From an uncultured Spirochaetota bacterium (lineage in GTDB: Bacteria; Spirochaetota; Spirochaetia; SZUA-6; Fen-1364), in contig CAVUXE010000058.1 of assembly GCA_963745235.1 (NCBI GenBank), forward strand, positions 1 through 64,000: DNA of 64,000 nucleotides, written 5' to 3'. Made by a program: the position numbers and the translations under genes. A model generated the notes under the pieces. The model was not told the origin of the DNA. It did no database searches and worked only from the letters and a program-made list of their open reading frames with translations. Positions 41,036 through 51,260 of the stretch are shown piece by piece (within the stretch, counting starts at the first letter, position 1; each line of letters starts with the position of its first letter).

Positions 41036-42896
41036 GGTGCAGAGGTCATGGAGGGCAGGGTTTTCCTGCGTGCTGTTGTTTGCCTCACTCTTCGCGTGCA
41101 GTCGGGAACGTCCCGTTGACCAGGCCTACCAGTTCCTGATCGGAGTATCCCTGGCGAACCTCACCGAGCCCTGGCGGATCAACATGAGCGAGGAAATAAA
41201 GAGCCAGGCGTCCCATTACCCGAATCTCCGCGTCGTGTTCACCGACGCCGCAGATTCCAGCAGCAGGCAGATCCAGGACGTGAAAAAGCTCCTGGATTGC
41301 GGGATCGACCTCCTCATCATCTCTCCCAACGACTCCGAGGCGCTGACACCCATTATCGCGGAGGCGTACAAGCGCATCCCGGTCATCCTCCTGGACCGCT
41401 CCGTGGTGGGCTACGACTACACCCTCTTTATCGGCCCCGACAACAGGCTGATCGGCAAGCAGGCCGGGCAGTACGTCACCGACCTGCTGGGCGGCAAGGG
41501 AGGGAAGGTCGTGGAGATCATGGGACGCTCCGGCTCGCCTCCTGTCCTCGACAGGCGCCTGGGTTTCCAGGAGGCCATTGCGCCGCACAAGAGCATCAGG
41601 ATCGTTGCCAGCATCAACGCGGACTGGCTGCGGGACAAGGCGGAGGACGAGCTGACGGCATGGCTCGCGAAGAACGGCCCCGTGGACGTGATCTTTGCCC
41701 AGAATGACGCGATGGCTGACGGAGCGCACCGGGCCGCGGTGAAGCTCGGTATCAACGGGATCCGCGTCGTCGGCATCGACGGGCTGCCGGGGCCCGGCGG
41801 CGGCATCGACCTGGTGCGCAGCGGGGCCCTTGCCGCCACCTTCACCTGCCCCACCGGCGGCAAGGAGGCCCTCATCTATGCGATGGATATCCTCCACCAC
41901 GAAGAGGGCATCCCGAAGAAGATGATCCTTCGGACTTCCCTCGTCACGAAGAAGATAATCGAGAGCGGCGCCCTGGGGGCGCCCGCGCGGCCGCGCCTTC
42001 CCGCAGACCACCGCATTGTGCTGGGTTTCGCCCAGACAGGGACGGAAAGCAACTGGCGCCTGGCGAACACCGAATCCATCAAGACCGCGGCGCGCCAGGC
42101 CGGGATCGACCTCGTCTTCGTGGACTCTGAAGGTCAGCCGGAAAGGCAGATCGCTGCCGTGCGGTCATTCATCGCGCGCAAGGTGGACGTCATTGCATTC
42201 TCCCCGATCGTCGAGTCGGGGTGGGAGCCCGTGCTCCGGGAGGCGAAAGCCGCCGGGATCCCGGTCTTCCTGTCCGACCGCACCGTCGACGTAAAGGACG
42301 AGTCGCTCTGGGCCAGCTTCATGGGCTCGGATTTCCTGGAGGAAGGGCGCCGCGCCGCGCGATGGCTCATCAACTATATGAAGACGGACAAACCCGTCAA
42401 CATCGTCGAGCTGCTGGGCACAATCGGCTCTGCCCCCGAAATCGACAGGACCCAGGGCTTCAAGGAGATACTCAAGGACCATCCCAACTACCGCATCATC
42501 GTTTCAGAGAGCGGCAACTTCGAGCGAAGCACGGGCAGGCAGGTCATGCAGCAGATCCTCAAAGACCTGGTCGCGAAGGGCCAGAACATGGACGTGCTGT
42601 TCGCGCACAACGATGACATGGCCATCGGCGCCATCGCGGCCATGGAAGAGGCGGGTCTGAAGCCGGGGAAGGACGTGGTCATCGTGTCGGTAGACGGCAT
42701 CCGTGACGCATTCAGCGCCATGATCGCGGGGAAGCTCAACTGTTCCGTGGAGTGCAGCCCCCTCCTTGGCCCGCAGCTCATGAAGGCCGTGAAGGACTAC
42801 GAGCTGGGCAAGGAACTGCCTGTCCGGATCATCACGGCGGAGAGCGTGTTCCCGGCCGCGGTGGCAAGCAGGGTTCTGCCGTACAGAAAGTACTAG
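41028..42896 (+). CDS. Lipoprotein with two tandem sugar-binding (Peripla_BP_4) domains
   Basis: Lipobox LFAC. Domain 1 has IGPDN and FAQND. Domain 2 has GFAQTGTESNWR, MGSDF and VECSPLLGP (YtfQ-like). Confidence 0.88.
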   Translation: MRRVQRSWRAGFSCVLLFASLFACSRERPVDQAYQFLIGVSLANLTEPWRINMSEEIKSQASHYPNLRVVFTDAADSSSRQIQDVKKLLDCGIDLLIISPNDSEALTPIIAEAYKRIPVILLDRSVVGYDYTLFIGPDNRLIGKQAGQYVTDLLGGKGGKVVEIMGRSGSPPVLDRRLGFQEAIAPHKSIRIVASINADWLRDKAEDELTAWLAKNGPVDVIFAQNDAMADGAHRAAVKLGINGIRVVGIDGLPGPGGGIDLVRSGALAATFTCPTGGKEALIYAMDILHHEEGIPKKMILRTSLVTKKIIESGALGAPARPRLPADHRIVLGFAQTGTESNWRLANTESIKTAARQAGIDLVFVDSEGQPERQIAAVRSFIARKVDVIAFSPIVESGWEPVLREAKAAGIPVFLSDRTVDVKDESLWASFMGSDFLEEGRRAARWLINYMKTDKPVNIVELLGTIGSAPEIDRTQGFKEILKDHPNYRIIVSESGNFERSTGRQVMQQILKDLVAKGQNMDVLFAHNDDMAIGAIAAMEEAGLKPGKDVVIVSVDGIRDAFSAMIAGKLNCSVECSPLLGPQLMKAVKDYELGKELPVRIITAESVFPAAVASRVLPYRKY

Positions 42897-43047
42897 ACCC
42901 CCGGGAGCCCGCGGCGACGGCGGAAAAGTACACAAAATAGCTGATTCGTCTAAATACAGCCGACCTCGAAATATGCTCAGATAGAATCGCTTTCGGATTC
43001 GAAGGTGATCTTTGCCAGGGGACAGCCGAACGCGGGGGGGCAGGGTT

Positions 43048-43680
43048 ATGCGGCAAATTCTGAGGGGGTTGGCGGCGGTATCCTTCTTCCTGCTGTTTGC
43101 GGCAGCGGGATCATACGCCGCGGGGGGACGCACGGTGACCTGTGTCGGCATCTACTCCGAAACAGACGCCGGCTATGTCAGTTACCGCGTCGGAACCGGG
43201 AATTGGATTGTCGTCAAGCTCGGAGACATCATCCCCGCAAACGCGGAGATTCGAGTCAACGTGGACAGGGACTGGATAGAGGTCACCCCGTCGGACAACC
43301 CGAATGCGGTGTACGAAATCCACGGCCCTGATACGGGTGAGCTCGTGAAGAAAGTATCTGATCTCCTGAAGGGCAAGCCGAAGATCGTCAGCTTCCCCAA
43401 GGGAAGCGCCTCCAATCCCGACCCGAAGTTCAAGAACAAGCTGGTTGTCGGACCGTACCTGGGCAGGCAGGTCTACGTGACCCCGGACGGGGATGAGAAC
43501 GACATCAGGTACGGCGATGTCCTGGACAGAAAAGGGAAGGTACGAATCATCGCGATCAACAACACGATTGCCCTCATGAATGCCAGCCGCAAAGTCACCA
43601 CCGTCATCGGTCCGCTCAACTTCGACCTGGAGAAAGTGCTTACGAACCAGAAGCTCTACAAGTACTTGAACGCCCCCTGA
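43048..43680 (+). CDS. Exported hypothetical protein with an internal beta-strand duplication
   Basis: Signal peptide ending SYA. Codon usage matches its neighbours. Confidence 0.7.
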   Translation: MRQILRGLAAVSFFLLFAAAGSYAAGGRTVTCVGIYSETDAGYVSYRVGTGNWIVVKLGDIIPANAEIRVNVDRDWIEVTPSDNPNAVYEIHGPDTGELVKKVSDLLKGKPKIVSFPKGSASNPDPKFKNKLVVGPYLGRQVYVTPDGDENDIRYGDVLDRKGKVRIIAINNTIALMNASRKVTTVIGPLNFDLEKVLTNQKLYKYLNAP

Positions 43681-43842
43681 GAGGAGGGCTGAAAGAGGGG
43701 AGGGCAGGAGAAAGAAGAGAAACTCACCTGAACATCCGTCATGAATGACGGAGAGGCGTCTGCAGGCTTTTCCTTGCCGGCCGAGGCCGGCGTGGAAGAG
43801 GAAAATCAGATCAGAGAGACACTTTTCTAAGGAGGAGCTTTC

Positions 43843-44817
43843 ATGAGGAACTGGAGAAAGGTCCTGGTGCTGGCGGCGGTGGCAATGATGGTTCTTTCGG
43901 TTGCCGCCTTCGCAGCTCCCAAGACGTGGGTTGTTGGTTTTTCGCAGATCGGATCAGAGAGTGAGTGGCGGACCGCTGATACGAGGTCTGTCCAGGATGC
44001 AATCAGCGGCGACCCGACGCTCGTGATGGTCTATTCGGACGCGCAGCAGAAGCAGGAGAACCAGATCAGGGCCCTGCGGTCATTCATTGCGCGCAAAGTC
44101 GACGTCATCCTCTTTACCGCCCTTGTTGAGACCGGGTATGGCCCCGTGCTCCAGGAAGCCCAGCGGGCCCACATTCCCGTCATCATGATCGACCGGGACG
44201 TCGCGAAAGATGACCAGAAGTACCGCCTGACGATCATGGGCTCTGATTTCATCAAGGAAGGCGAGAAGGTAGGACACTGGCTCGAGACGTACCTGAAGGA
44301 CAAGGGCATCGATGACGGGTCCACGCCCGTCGACTTCGCCGAGCTCCAGGGAACGACAGGCTCAGCTCCCGCCGTCGACAGAGCTACCGGTTTCCGCAAC
44401 ATTCAGAAACTTCATGCCAACTGGGTAATCAAGCACTCGCAGGATGGCGACTTCACCTCTTCCCAGGGGAAGCAGGTCATGGAAGCCTTCCTGAAGGATG
44501 ACCCGAAGATCCAGGTGCTCTTTGCGCACAACGATCAGATGGCGCTCGGTGCCATCCAGGCAATCAAGGAAGCCGGACTCCAGCCGGGCAAGGATATCGT
44601 CATCATTTCGATAGATGGCGTGAAGGGCATTTTCCAGGCAATCGTCAACGGTGAGGCGAACGCCACCGTGGAATGCAACCCGCTGCTCGGACCGCAGGCC
44701 GTCCAGGCCATCCACGATCTGAGAGCAGGCAAGAAGCTCCCGGGGCGCATCTGGACCATCGAAAGCCAGTTCGATGCCTCCAATGCAGCGGCCGCCCTTC
44801 CGGATCGCCAGTACTAA
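43843..44817 (+). CDS. ytfQ: Sugar ABC transporter substrate-binding protein, YtfQ (galactofuranose)-like
   Basis: VGFSQIGSESEWRTA, SDAQQKQENQI and VECNPLLGP motifs. AAGGAGG RBS. Confidence 0.85.
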   Translation: MRNWRKVLVLAAVAMMVLSVAAFAAPKTWVVGFSQIGSESEWRTADTRSVQDAISGDPTLVMVYSDAQQKQENQIRALRSFIARKVDVILFTALVETGYGPVLQEAQRAHIPVIMIDRDVAKDDQKYRLTIMGSDFIKEGEKVGHWLETYLKDKGIDDGSTPVDFAELQGTTGSAPAVDRATGFRNIQKLHANWVIKHSQDGDFTSSQGKQVMEAFLKDDPKIQVLFAHNDQMALGAIQAIKEAGLQPGKDIVIISIDGVKGIFQAIVNGEANATVECNPLLGPQAVQAIHDLRAGKKLPGRIWTIESQFDASNAAAALPDRQY

Positions 44818-44862
44818 GTCTTCCCCGAATCGGCATCTGATTGATACAATAGAGAATGATGA

Positions 44863-44884
44863 GGGACCACCAGGGGGTGGTCCC
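44863..44884 (+). terminator. Stem-loop after the binding-protein gene (partial terminator or mRNA stabiliser)
   Basis: GGGACCACC-AGGG-GGTGGTCCC followed by a weak U-tract. Confidence 0.55.
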
Positions 44885-44925
44885 GCCTTTCAAAGGGATT
44901 TCACGCGGCCAGAGGAGACGCTGGA

Positions 44926-46452
44926 ATGACAGAAGAGACGCCCGTCCTCTCCATGAAAAGGATCACGAAATCATTTCCAGGCGTGAAGGCCCTTTCCGGC
45001 GTTGACTTCCGCCTTTTCAAGGGAGAGGTCCACGCAATCATGGGCCAGAATGGCGCCGGAAAGTCCACGCTGATCAAGGTTCTCACCGGAGTGCATGAGC
45101 AGGATTCCGGGGAGATCGTGCTGGAAGGCAAACGCATACGCCCGGATTCTCCTCTTGCAGCGCAGAAGCTCGGAATCAACTCGGTATACCAGGAGATCAA
45201 CCTCTGCCCGAATCTCTCGGTTGCGGAGAATATCTTCGCCGGCAGGCAACCCGTGCGGTTCGCACGGATCGACTGGAGGACAATGGCTCGGAGGTCGGAA
45301 GAGATCCTGAAGCGGTTGAACATCGTCATCGATGTCACACAGACCCTCTCATCGTATTCTATTGCGATTCAGCAGATGGTGGCCATTGCCCGCGTGCTGG
45401 ATACTTCCTCCAGAATACTCATCCTTGACGAGCCGACCTCCAGCCTGGATGAAACTGAAGTGGAGCAGCTCTTCAAGGTCATCCGGTCCCTGCGGGACGA
45501 GGGAATGGCAATCATCTTCATCACCCATTTCCTTGACCAGACCTTCGAGATTTCGGACCGGATCACGGTGCTGAAGAACGGCGAGTTCGTTGGCGAGTTC
45601 AAGACGGGAGAGATTTCGAAATTGGACCTGATTGCCAGGATGCTTGGCAAGGAGCTCTCAGAGTTCAGCTACGCTGCGGACAAGGAGCATGCGAAGAAGA
45701 GTTTCGACGGTGCGGAGGAGGGCGCAAAAAGCCTGCTCAAAGTGAAGAACCTGGGGCTGCGGGGATCAATTGCCCCCTTTGATCTTGTTCTGAACGAAGG
45801 TGAGGTCCTCGGATTGGCCGGGCTCCTGGGTTCCGGCAGGACGGAGATGGCGCGCCTCATCTTCGGCATCGACAGCGCCAACCAGGGCGAAATCCAGGTC
45901 AAAGGAAGGAAGACGGCCATCAATTCCCCCCGAAGCGCAATGATGGCCGGCATGGGGTTCTGCTCCGAAGACCGGAAAAGCGAGGGCGTGTTCACGGACC
46001 TCACCGTTCGGGAAAACATCATCCTGGCCCTGCAGGCCAGGAACGGCGTGTTCAAATACATCACGCCGCGAAAGCAGCTGGAGATCGCGGATGAAATGAT
46101 AAAGTCTCTGGCCATCATGACTCCGAGCGCGAACAGCCGGACCGGACAGCTCAGCGGCGGCAACCAGCAGAAGGTGATGCTCGCCCGATGGCTTGCCACC
46201 CATCCCGTCGTCCTGATCCTTGACGAGCCCACGAGGGGCATCGACGTCGGAGCCAAGCTGGAGATCATGGAGCTGATCCTGAAACTGAGCATGCAGGGGA
46301 TGGGCGTCATCTTCATTTCCTCCGAGCTGGAGGAAGTGGTGCGCTTGAGCAGCAAGATCGCCGTGCTGAAAGACAAGGCAAAGATAGCCGAGTTGAACGG
46401 GGATGAGATGAACGAGAGCAACATCATGCGGACCATCGCGGGGGGGAATTGA
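44926..46452 (+). CDS. ytfR: Sugar ABC transporter ATP-binding protein (two ABC domains)
   Basis: GQNGAGKST, LDEPT, LSGGNQQK and DEPTRGIDVGAK motifs. Confidence 0.88.
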   Translation: MTEETPVLSMKRITKSFPGVKALSGVDFRLFKGEVHAIMGQNGAGKSTLIKVLTGVHEQDSGEIVLEGKRIRPDSPLAAQKLGINSVYQEINLCPNLSVAENIFAGRQPVRFARIDWRTMARRSEEILKRLNIVIDVTQTLSSYSIAIQQMVAIARVLDTSSRILILDEPTSSLDETEVEQLFKVIRSLRDEGMAIIFITHFLDQTFEISDRITVLKNGEFVGEFKTGEISKLDLIARMLGKELSEFSYAADKEHAKKSFDGAEEGAKSLLKVKNLGLRGSIAPFDLVLNEGEVLGLAGLLGSGRTEMARLIFGIDSANQGEIQVKGRKTAINSPRSAMMAGMGFCSEDRKSEGVFTDLTVRENIILALQARNGVFKYITPRKQLEIADEMIKSLAIMTPSANSRTGQLSGGNQQKVMLARWLATHPVVLILDEPTRGIDVGAKLEIMELILKLSMQGMGVIFISSELEEVVRLSSKIAVLKDKAKIAELNGDEMNESNIMRTIAGGN

Positions 46453-46453
46453 C

Positions 46454-47476
46454 ATGTCCTGGTGGAAGTCCTTGAGCCGCAGCAACATCGCGTGGGCCCT
46501 CATTGCCCTCGCGGCTCTCCTGCTTTTCAACGTGGTCTTCACGCCGAACTTCATGCACGTTGAGATCCGTGAAGGACACCTGTACGGCCACCTGATCGAT
46601 ATCCTGAAAAATGGCGCACCCATCATGCTGCTGGCCATCGGCATGACGCTCGTGATTGCCACGCACGGAATCGACATCTCGGTGGGCTCCGTGGTGGCCG
46701 TTGCCGCCGGAGCGGTGGCCATTCTCATTGGCGGAGACCTGGCAGGCCATCCGAAGTACCCCATCATCGTGGCCATGCTCGCGGCACTGCTGGTATGCGG
46801 CGCTGCGGGAATGTGGAACGGGATGCTGGTCTCCCGGATCGGCATGCAGCCCATCATTGCCACCCTGATCCTTTTCGTGGCCGGCCGCGGGATCGCCATG
46901 CTCTTCACGAACTCCATGCAGATCTGGCTGTACGCAAAACCATTCGCCATCCTGGGACAGGGCTACGTCCTGGGTCTCCCGTTCGACGTGTACATCGTCG
47001 CATTCGTCCTGCTCATGACGCATATCTTTACCCGGCGGACCGCCGCGGGGATGTTCATCGAGGCGGTGGGAATCAACCCCACGGCGGCCCGGTTCTCCGG
47101 AATCAACTCCCGGAACATCGTCTTCTGGGTGTACACGTTCAGCGGGCTGTGCGCGGGAATTGCGGGGCTTGTCGTGTGCTCCACCGTCATGAACGCTGAC
47201 GGCAACAACGCAGGAAGACTGTTCGAGTTGGATGCCATCCTGGCCGTCGTGCTCGGCGGAACCTCGCTGAACGGCGGAAGGTTCTATCTCATGGGCAGCA
47301 TCATAGGCGCCCTCATCATCCAGACCCTCACCACCACCATCTACGCGTTCGGCGTCCCTTCTGACGTTGCCCCCGTCGTCAAGGCACTGGTCGTGTGGAC
47401 CTTCTGCCTGCTGCAGTCTCCGAAGTTCAGGCTCAAGGTATCGCAGGTCTTCGTCCACAGGGAGCAGACGACATGA
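46454..47476 (+). CDS. ytfT: Sugar ABC transporter permease
   Basis: GIDISVGS, QPIIATL and ELDAILAVVLGGT motifs. Confidence 0.85.
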   Translation: MSWWKSLSRSNIAWALIALAALLLFNVVFTPNFMHVEIREGHLYGHLIDILKNGAPIMLLAIGMTLVIATHGIDISVGSVVAVAAGAVAILIGGDLAGHPKYPIIVAMLAALLVCGAAGMWNGMLVSRIGMQPIIATLILFVAGRGIAMLFTNSMQIWLYAKPFAILGQGYVLGLPFDVYIVAFVLLMTHIFTRRTAAGMFIEAVGINPTAARFSGINSRNIVFWVYTFSGLCAGIAGLVVCSTVMNADGNNAGRLFELDAILAVVLGGTSLNGGRFYLMGSIIGALIIQTLTTTIYAFGVPSDVAPVVKALVVWTFCLLQSPKFRLKVSQVFVHREQTT

Positions 47477-48474
47477 AAAGGAAATCCCTGGCCAGCTTCC
47501 GCAACCTTCCCGTTTTCGTCACCCTGGGATTGTTCATCATCATGTTCAGCGTCGGATCCATTTCGTTCCCCGGGTTTTTCGCGCTGCAGAACTTTCTCAA
47601 CCTGTTCATTGACAACTCATTCCTGCTGATCCTCGCGGTGGGCATGACTTTTGTCATCATATCCGGAGGCATCGACCTGTCCGTCGGATCGGTGCTCGCC
47701 CTGGCCGGGATGGTCACCTCCAGCCTCCTGGAAAAGTCCCACATGAGCCCCGTCGTCGTGATTCCGATCGTCCTCGCCATCGGGACGACGCTCGGCCTGT
47801 TCATGGGATACCTGATCCAGACCTTCGACCTGCCGCCTTTCATCGTGACTCTTGCCGGGCTGTACCTCGCTCGCGGCCTGTGCTATATCGTCAGCCTCTT
47901 CACGATCGCGGTCACGAACCCGTTCTTCGTGAGCACGGCGCATGCGCAGATCAACATCGTCGGCACCAATTTCCTCTCGCCGGGCGCGCTGGTCGCGATT
48001 GTCGTCGTCCTTGTCGGGTTCTTCATCTCCCGCTATACGAAGTTCGGCCGAACCGTCTTCGCCATCGGCGGCAGCGAGCAGTCCGCGATCCTGATGGGGC
48101 TTCCCGTGGCGCGGACCAAGATCGCCATCTACGCCTTGAGCGGCTTCTGTTCGGCGCTGGGCGGCATCGTGTTCACGCTGTACACGCTTTCCGGCTACGG
48201 GTTGAACGGAAGCGGGATGGAGCTGGACACCATCGCAACGGTGGTCATTGGCGGCACCCTTCTGACGGGCGGCGTCGGGAACATTTTTGGAACGGTCCTC
48301 GGCGTGCTCGTCTACGGGATCATCCAGGTGCTGATCGTTTTCCAGGGCACGCTCAATTCGTGGTGGACCCGCATCGTCATAGGCTTTCTCGTCTTCGTAT
48401 TCTGCCTGATGCAGAGGCTGTTCGAAAACAGGAAAGGCGCCCAGGTCCTCAGAAGCGTCGGCGCGAGAGGTTGA
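47473..48474 (+). CDS. yjfF: Sugar ABC transporter permease
   Basis: GGIDLSVGS, SAILMGLPV and GTLNSWWTRI motifs. Confidence 0.85.
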   Translation: MKRKSLASFRNLPVFVTLGLFIIMFSVGSISFPGFFALQNFLNLFIDNSFLLILAVGMTFVIISGGIDLSVGSVLALAGMVTSSLLEKSHMSPVVVIPIVLAIGTTLGLFMGYLIQTFDLPPFIVTLAGLYLARGLCYIVSLFTIAVTNPFFVSTAHAQINIVGTNFLSPGALVAIVVVLVGFFISRYTKFGRTVFAIGGSEQSAILMGLPVARTKIAIYALSGFCSALGGIVFTLYTLSGYGLNGSGMELDTIATVVIGGTLLTGGVGNIFGTVLGVLVYGIIQVLIVFQGTLNSWWTRIVIGFLVFVFCLMQRLFENRKGAQVLRSVGARG

Positions 48475-48486
48475 AACCGAGGCCGG

Positions 48487-51165
48487 CTACCGCCGCGCCT
48501 CTCCGCCGTCCGGCCTGCCGGCCAGCCCCCGAAGGACCGCGGGCAGAATGCCGCCGTTCCTGTAATACAGGAGCTCGATGTCGGTGTCGATCCGCGCCGT
48601 CACCGTGAACCTGGTGGTCCCTCCGCGAACACTTTCTGCGCTGACTTCCAGGGCATCCCCTGGTCGAGACGGTGCTCCAATCGCGTACAGCTCTTCGCCC
48701 GTAAGCCCAAGGCTTGCCGCGCCCTGTCCCTCGGCAAATTGAAGCGGGAGGACCCCCATTCCCACGAGGTTGGACCTGTGAATGCGCTCGAAGCTCTGGG
48801 CGATCACCGCGCGCACTCCCAGGAGACGGGTTCCCTTTGCCGCCCAGTCCCGTGAGCTTCCGGTGCCATACTCCTTTCCCGCGATGATGATGAGGGACAC
48901 CCCTTCTGACCGGTATCTCTGCGCCGCGTCGAAAATCGGCATCCTGTCCCCTGACGGGAGATGGCGTGTGATCCCGCCCTCAGCGCCGGGAACGAGCCCG
49001 TTGCGAAGCCGGATGTTCCCGAAGGTCCCTCGGATCATCACCTCGTGGTTCCCCCGACGGGAACCGAAGGTGTTGAACTCTTTCGCATCGACGGCGCGAT
49101 CTTTCAGCCACCGCGCGGCCGGGCTGTCCTCAGGGATCTCCCCCGCCGGGGAGATGTGGTCCGTGGTCACGGAGTCTCCCAGCAGCGCAAGCACCCGGGC
49201 CTCGCTGACGGCAGCCACCTCCTGCGCATCCGGGGTCAGCCCGTCGAAGAAGGGGGGTTTCCGGATGTAGGTGGATGTTTCCATCCACCTGTACCGGCTG
49301 CCTCCCGGCACCTCGATGGTGTTCCAGCTCTCGCTGCCCGTGAAGACCGACGCATATGCCTTGTGAAAGACCTCGGGGCCAAGCGCGGAGCGGATCATCC
49401 CTTCGATCTCCGCCTGCCTCGGCCAGAGATCCCGCAGGTAGACCGGCTCCCCGTCATGGTCAACACCGACGGGGTCCGTGGCCAGGTCTATGTCCATCGT
49501 TCCCGCCAGGGCATAGGCGACCACGAGCGGAGGGGACGCGAGGTAGCTCGCCTTGACCGACGGGTGGATCCTTCCATCGAAATTGCGGTTGCCCGAAAGC
49601 ACCGCGGCCACCGTCAGGTCGTTTTCCCTGATGGCCCTGTTCACGGCTTCGGGGAGCGGGCCCGAGTTGCCGATGCACGTGGTGCACCCGTACCCGACGA
49701 GATGGAATCCGAGGGCTTCCAGGTACGGGGTGAGCCCGGCGCGGTCGAGGTACATCGAGACAGCGCGCGAGCCAGGGGCAAGGCTCGTCTTGACGTGGGG
49801 AGGCACGCGCAAGCCCAGCTGCACGGCATTTCGCGCAAGGAGCCCTGCGCCGATCATCACGGCCGGGTTCGACGTGTTCGTACAGCTGGTGATTGCGGCG
49901 ATGACCACCGAGCCGCTGCGAATGGTCTCCCGAGCTCCCATGATCTCGATCTCCGCCTCGCGCCCGGCGGTCTCCTCGCGTCCCGCCGGCTTCCAGGAGC
50001 CCCGGGTCTTCGACAGCGGGATGCGGTCCTGCGGCCTGCGCGGGCCGGCCACGCAGGGCTCAACGCCGCCAAGGTCCAGCTCCAGCACCTCGGAGTACTC
50101 CGTTTCTCCTCCCTGGTCGGAACGGAACAGCCCCTGCTCCTTGCAATACCTCTCCACCAGGTCGACCAGCTCCTGCGTCCGTCCCGTGTCCCTCAGGTAC
50201 GCCAGCGTCTTTTCGTCCACCGGGAAAAATCCGCCGGTCGCCCCGTATTCGGGGGACATGTTTGCGATTGTCGCCCTGTCCGCCACGCTCAGAAGCGACA
50301 ACCCGGGACCGAAGAACTCCACGATCTTCTCCACCACCCCGTGTGCTCGGAGCATCTGCGTGACGGTGAGCACGAGGTCGGTTGCCGTCACGCCCTCCCG
50401 CAGCGCGCCCCGCAGGCGCATCCCCACCACCTGCGGCACGAGCATGTACAGGGGCTGTCCCAGCAGAGCTGCCTCCGCTTCGATCCCCCCGACTCCCCAT
50501 CCCAGGACGCCGATCCCGCAGATCATGGTCGTGTGGGAATCCGTACCCACCACCGTGTCGGGGAATGCGACGCCGTCCCTGACGTCAACGACGCGCGCCA
50601 GGAGCTCGAGGTTCACCTGGTGAACAATGCCGGTCGCGGGAGGAACCACCCGAAGGCCGCTGAAAGCCCCGGCTCCCCAGCGAAGGAACTGGTAGCGCTC
50701 CCTGTTCCTTTCGTACTCGCGCGCGCTGTTTGCTTCGAAAGCAATCCTCGACGCAAAGCGATCCACCTGGACGGAATGATCGATGACGAGGTCCACCGGG
50801 ATGAGCGGGTTGATGCGGGCGGGGTCTCCGCCCAGGTCCGCCATGGCGTCCCGCATTGCGGCGAGGTCCGCGACGGCCGGCACACCGGTGAAGTCCTGCA
50901 TGATGACGCGAGCCGGCATGAAGGGGATCTCGCGCTGTCGGGGTGAGCGTCGGGCGGCCAGGACGGAGGAGACGTCCTCCTCACGCACCACGAAACCGTC
51001 AACGTGGCGGAGCACGGACTCCAGCAGGACCTTCGTCGCAAAGGGGAGCCTGGATACGCTGCCCAGTCCCTTCTTTTCCAGCTTCTCCAGGCTGTAGTAG
51101 TGCAATCGTGTGCGGCCGGACAGCGCGGTCCGTGTGCCCAGGGGATCACGCGGGTTTTTCATCAT
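48487..51165 (-). CDS. acnA: Aconitate hydratase A
   Basis: QDFTGVPA, IDHSVQVD, DSHTT, AAITSCTNTSNP, GCTTCIGNSG and GSSRDWAAKG motifs. Confidence 0.95.
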   Translation of the reverse strand: MMKNPRDPLGTRTALSGRTRLHYYSLEKLEKKGLGSVSRLPFATKVLLESVLRHVDGFVVREEDVSSVLAARRSPRQREIPFMPARVIMQDFTGVPAVADLAAMRDAMADLGGDPARINPLIPVDLVIDHSVQVDRFASRIAFEANSAREYERNRERYQFLRWGAGAFSGLRVVPPATGIVHQVNLELLARVVDVRDGVAFPDTVVGTDSHTTMICGIGVLGWGVGGIEAEAALLGQPLYMLVPQVVGMRLRGALREGVTATDLVLTVTQMLRAHGVVEKIVEFFGPGLSLLSVADRATIANMSPEYGATGGFFPVDEKTLAYLRDTGRTQELVDLVERYCKEQGLFRSDQGGETEYSEVLELDLGGVEPCVAGPRRPQDRIPLSKTRGSWKPAGREETAGREAEIEIMGARETIRSGSVVIAAITSCTNTSNPAVMIGAGLLARNAVQLGLRVPPHVKTSLAPGSRAVSMYLDRAGLTPYLEALGFHLVGYGCTTCIGNSGPLPEAVNRAIRENDLTVAAVLSGNRNFDGRIHPSVKASYLASPPLVVAYALAGTMDIDLATDPVGVDHDGEPVYLRDLWPRQAEIEGMIRSALGPEVFHKAYASVFTGSESWNTIEVPGGSRYRWMETSTYIRKPPFFDGLTPDAQEVAAVSEARVLALLGDSVTTDHISPAGEIPEDSPAARWLKDRAVDAKEFNTFGSRRGNHEVMIRGTFGNIRLRNGLVPGAEGGITRHLPSGDRMPIFDAAQRYRSEGVSLIIIAGKEYGTGSSRDWAAKGTRLLGVRAVIAQSFERIHRSNLVGMGVLPLQFAEGQGAASLGLTGEELYAIGAPSRPGDALEVSAESVRGGTTRFTVTARIDTDIELLYYRNGGILPAVLRGLAGRPDGGEARR

Positions 51166-51260
51166 CGTTTCCTGTCCCCTTATACACCATGGGAAGGAAG
51201 CTGTGCTATTGTCATCTCCCCCGGTTTGCTCTATCATTGATGCGAGAGAGTTGGAAAGAG

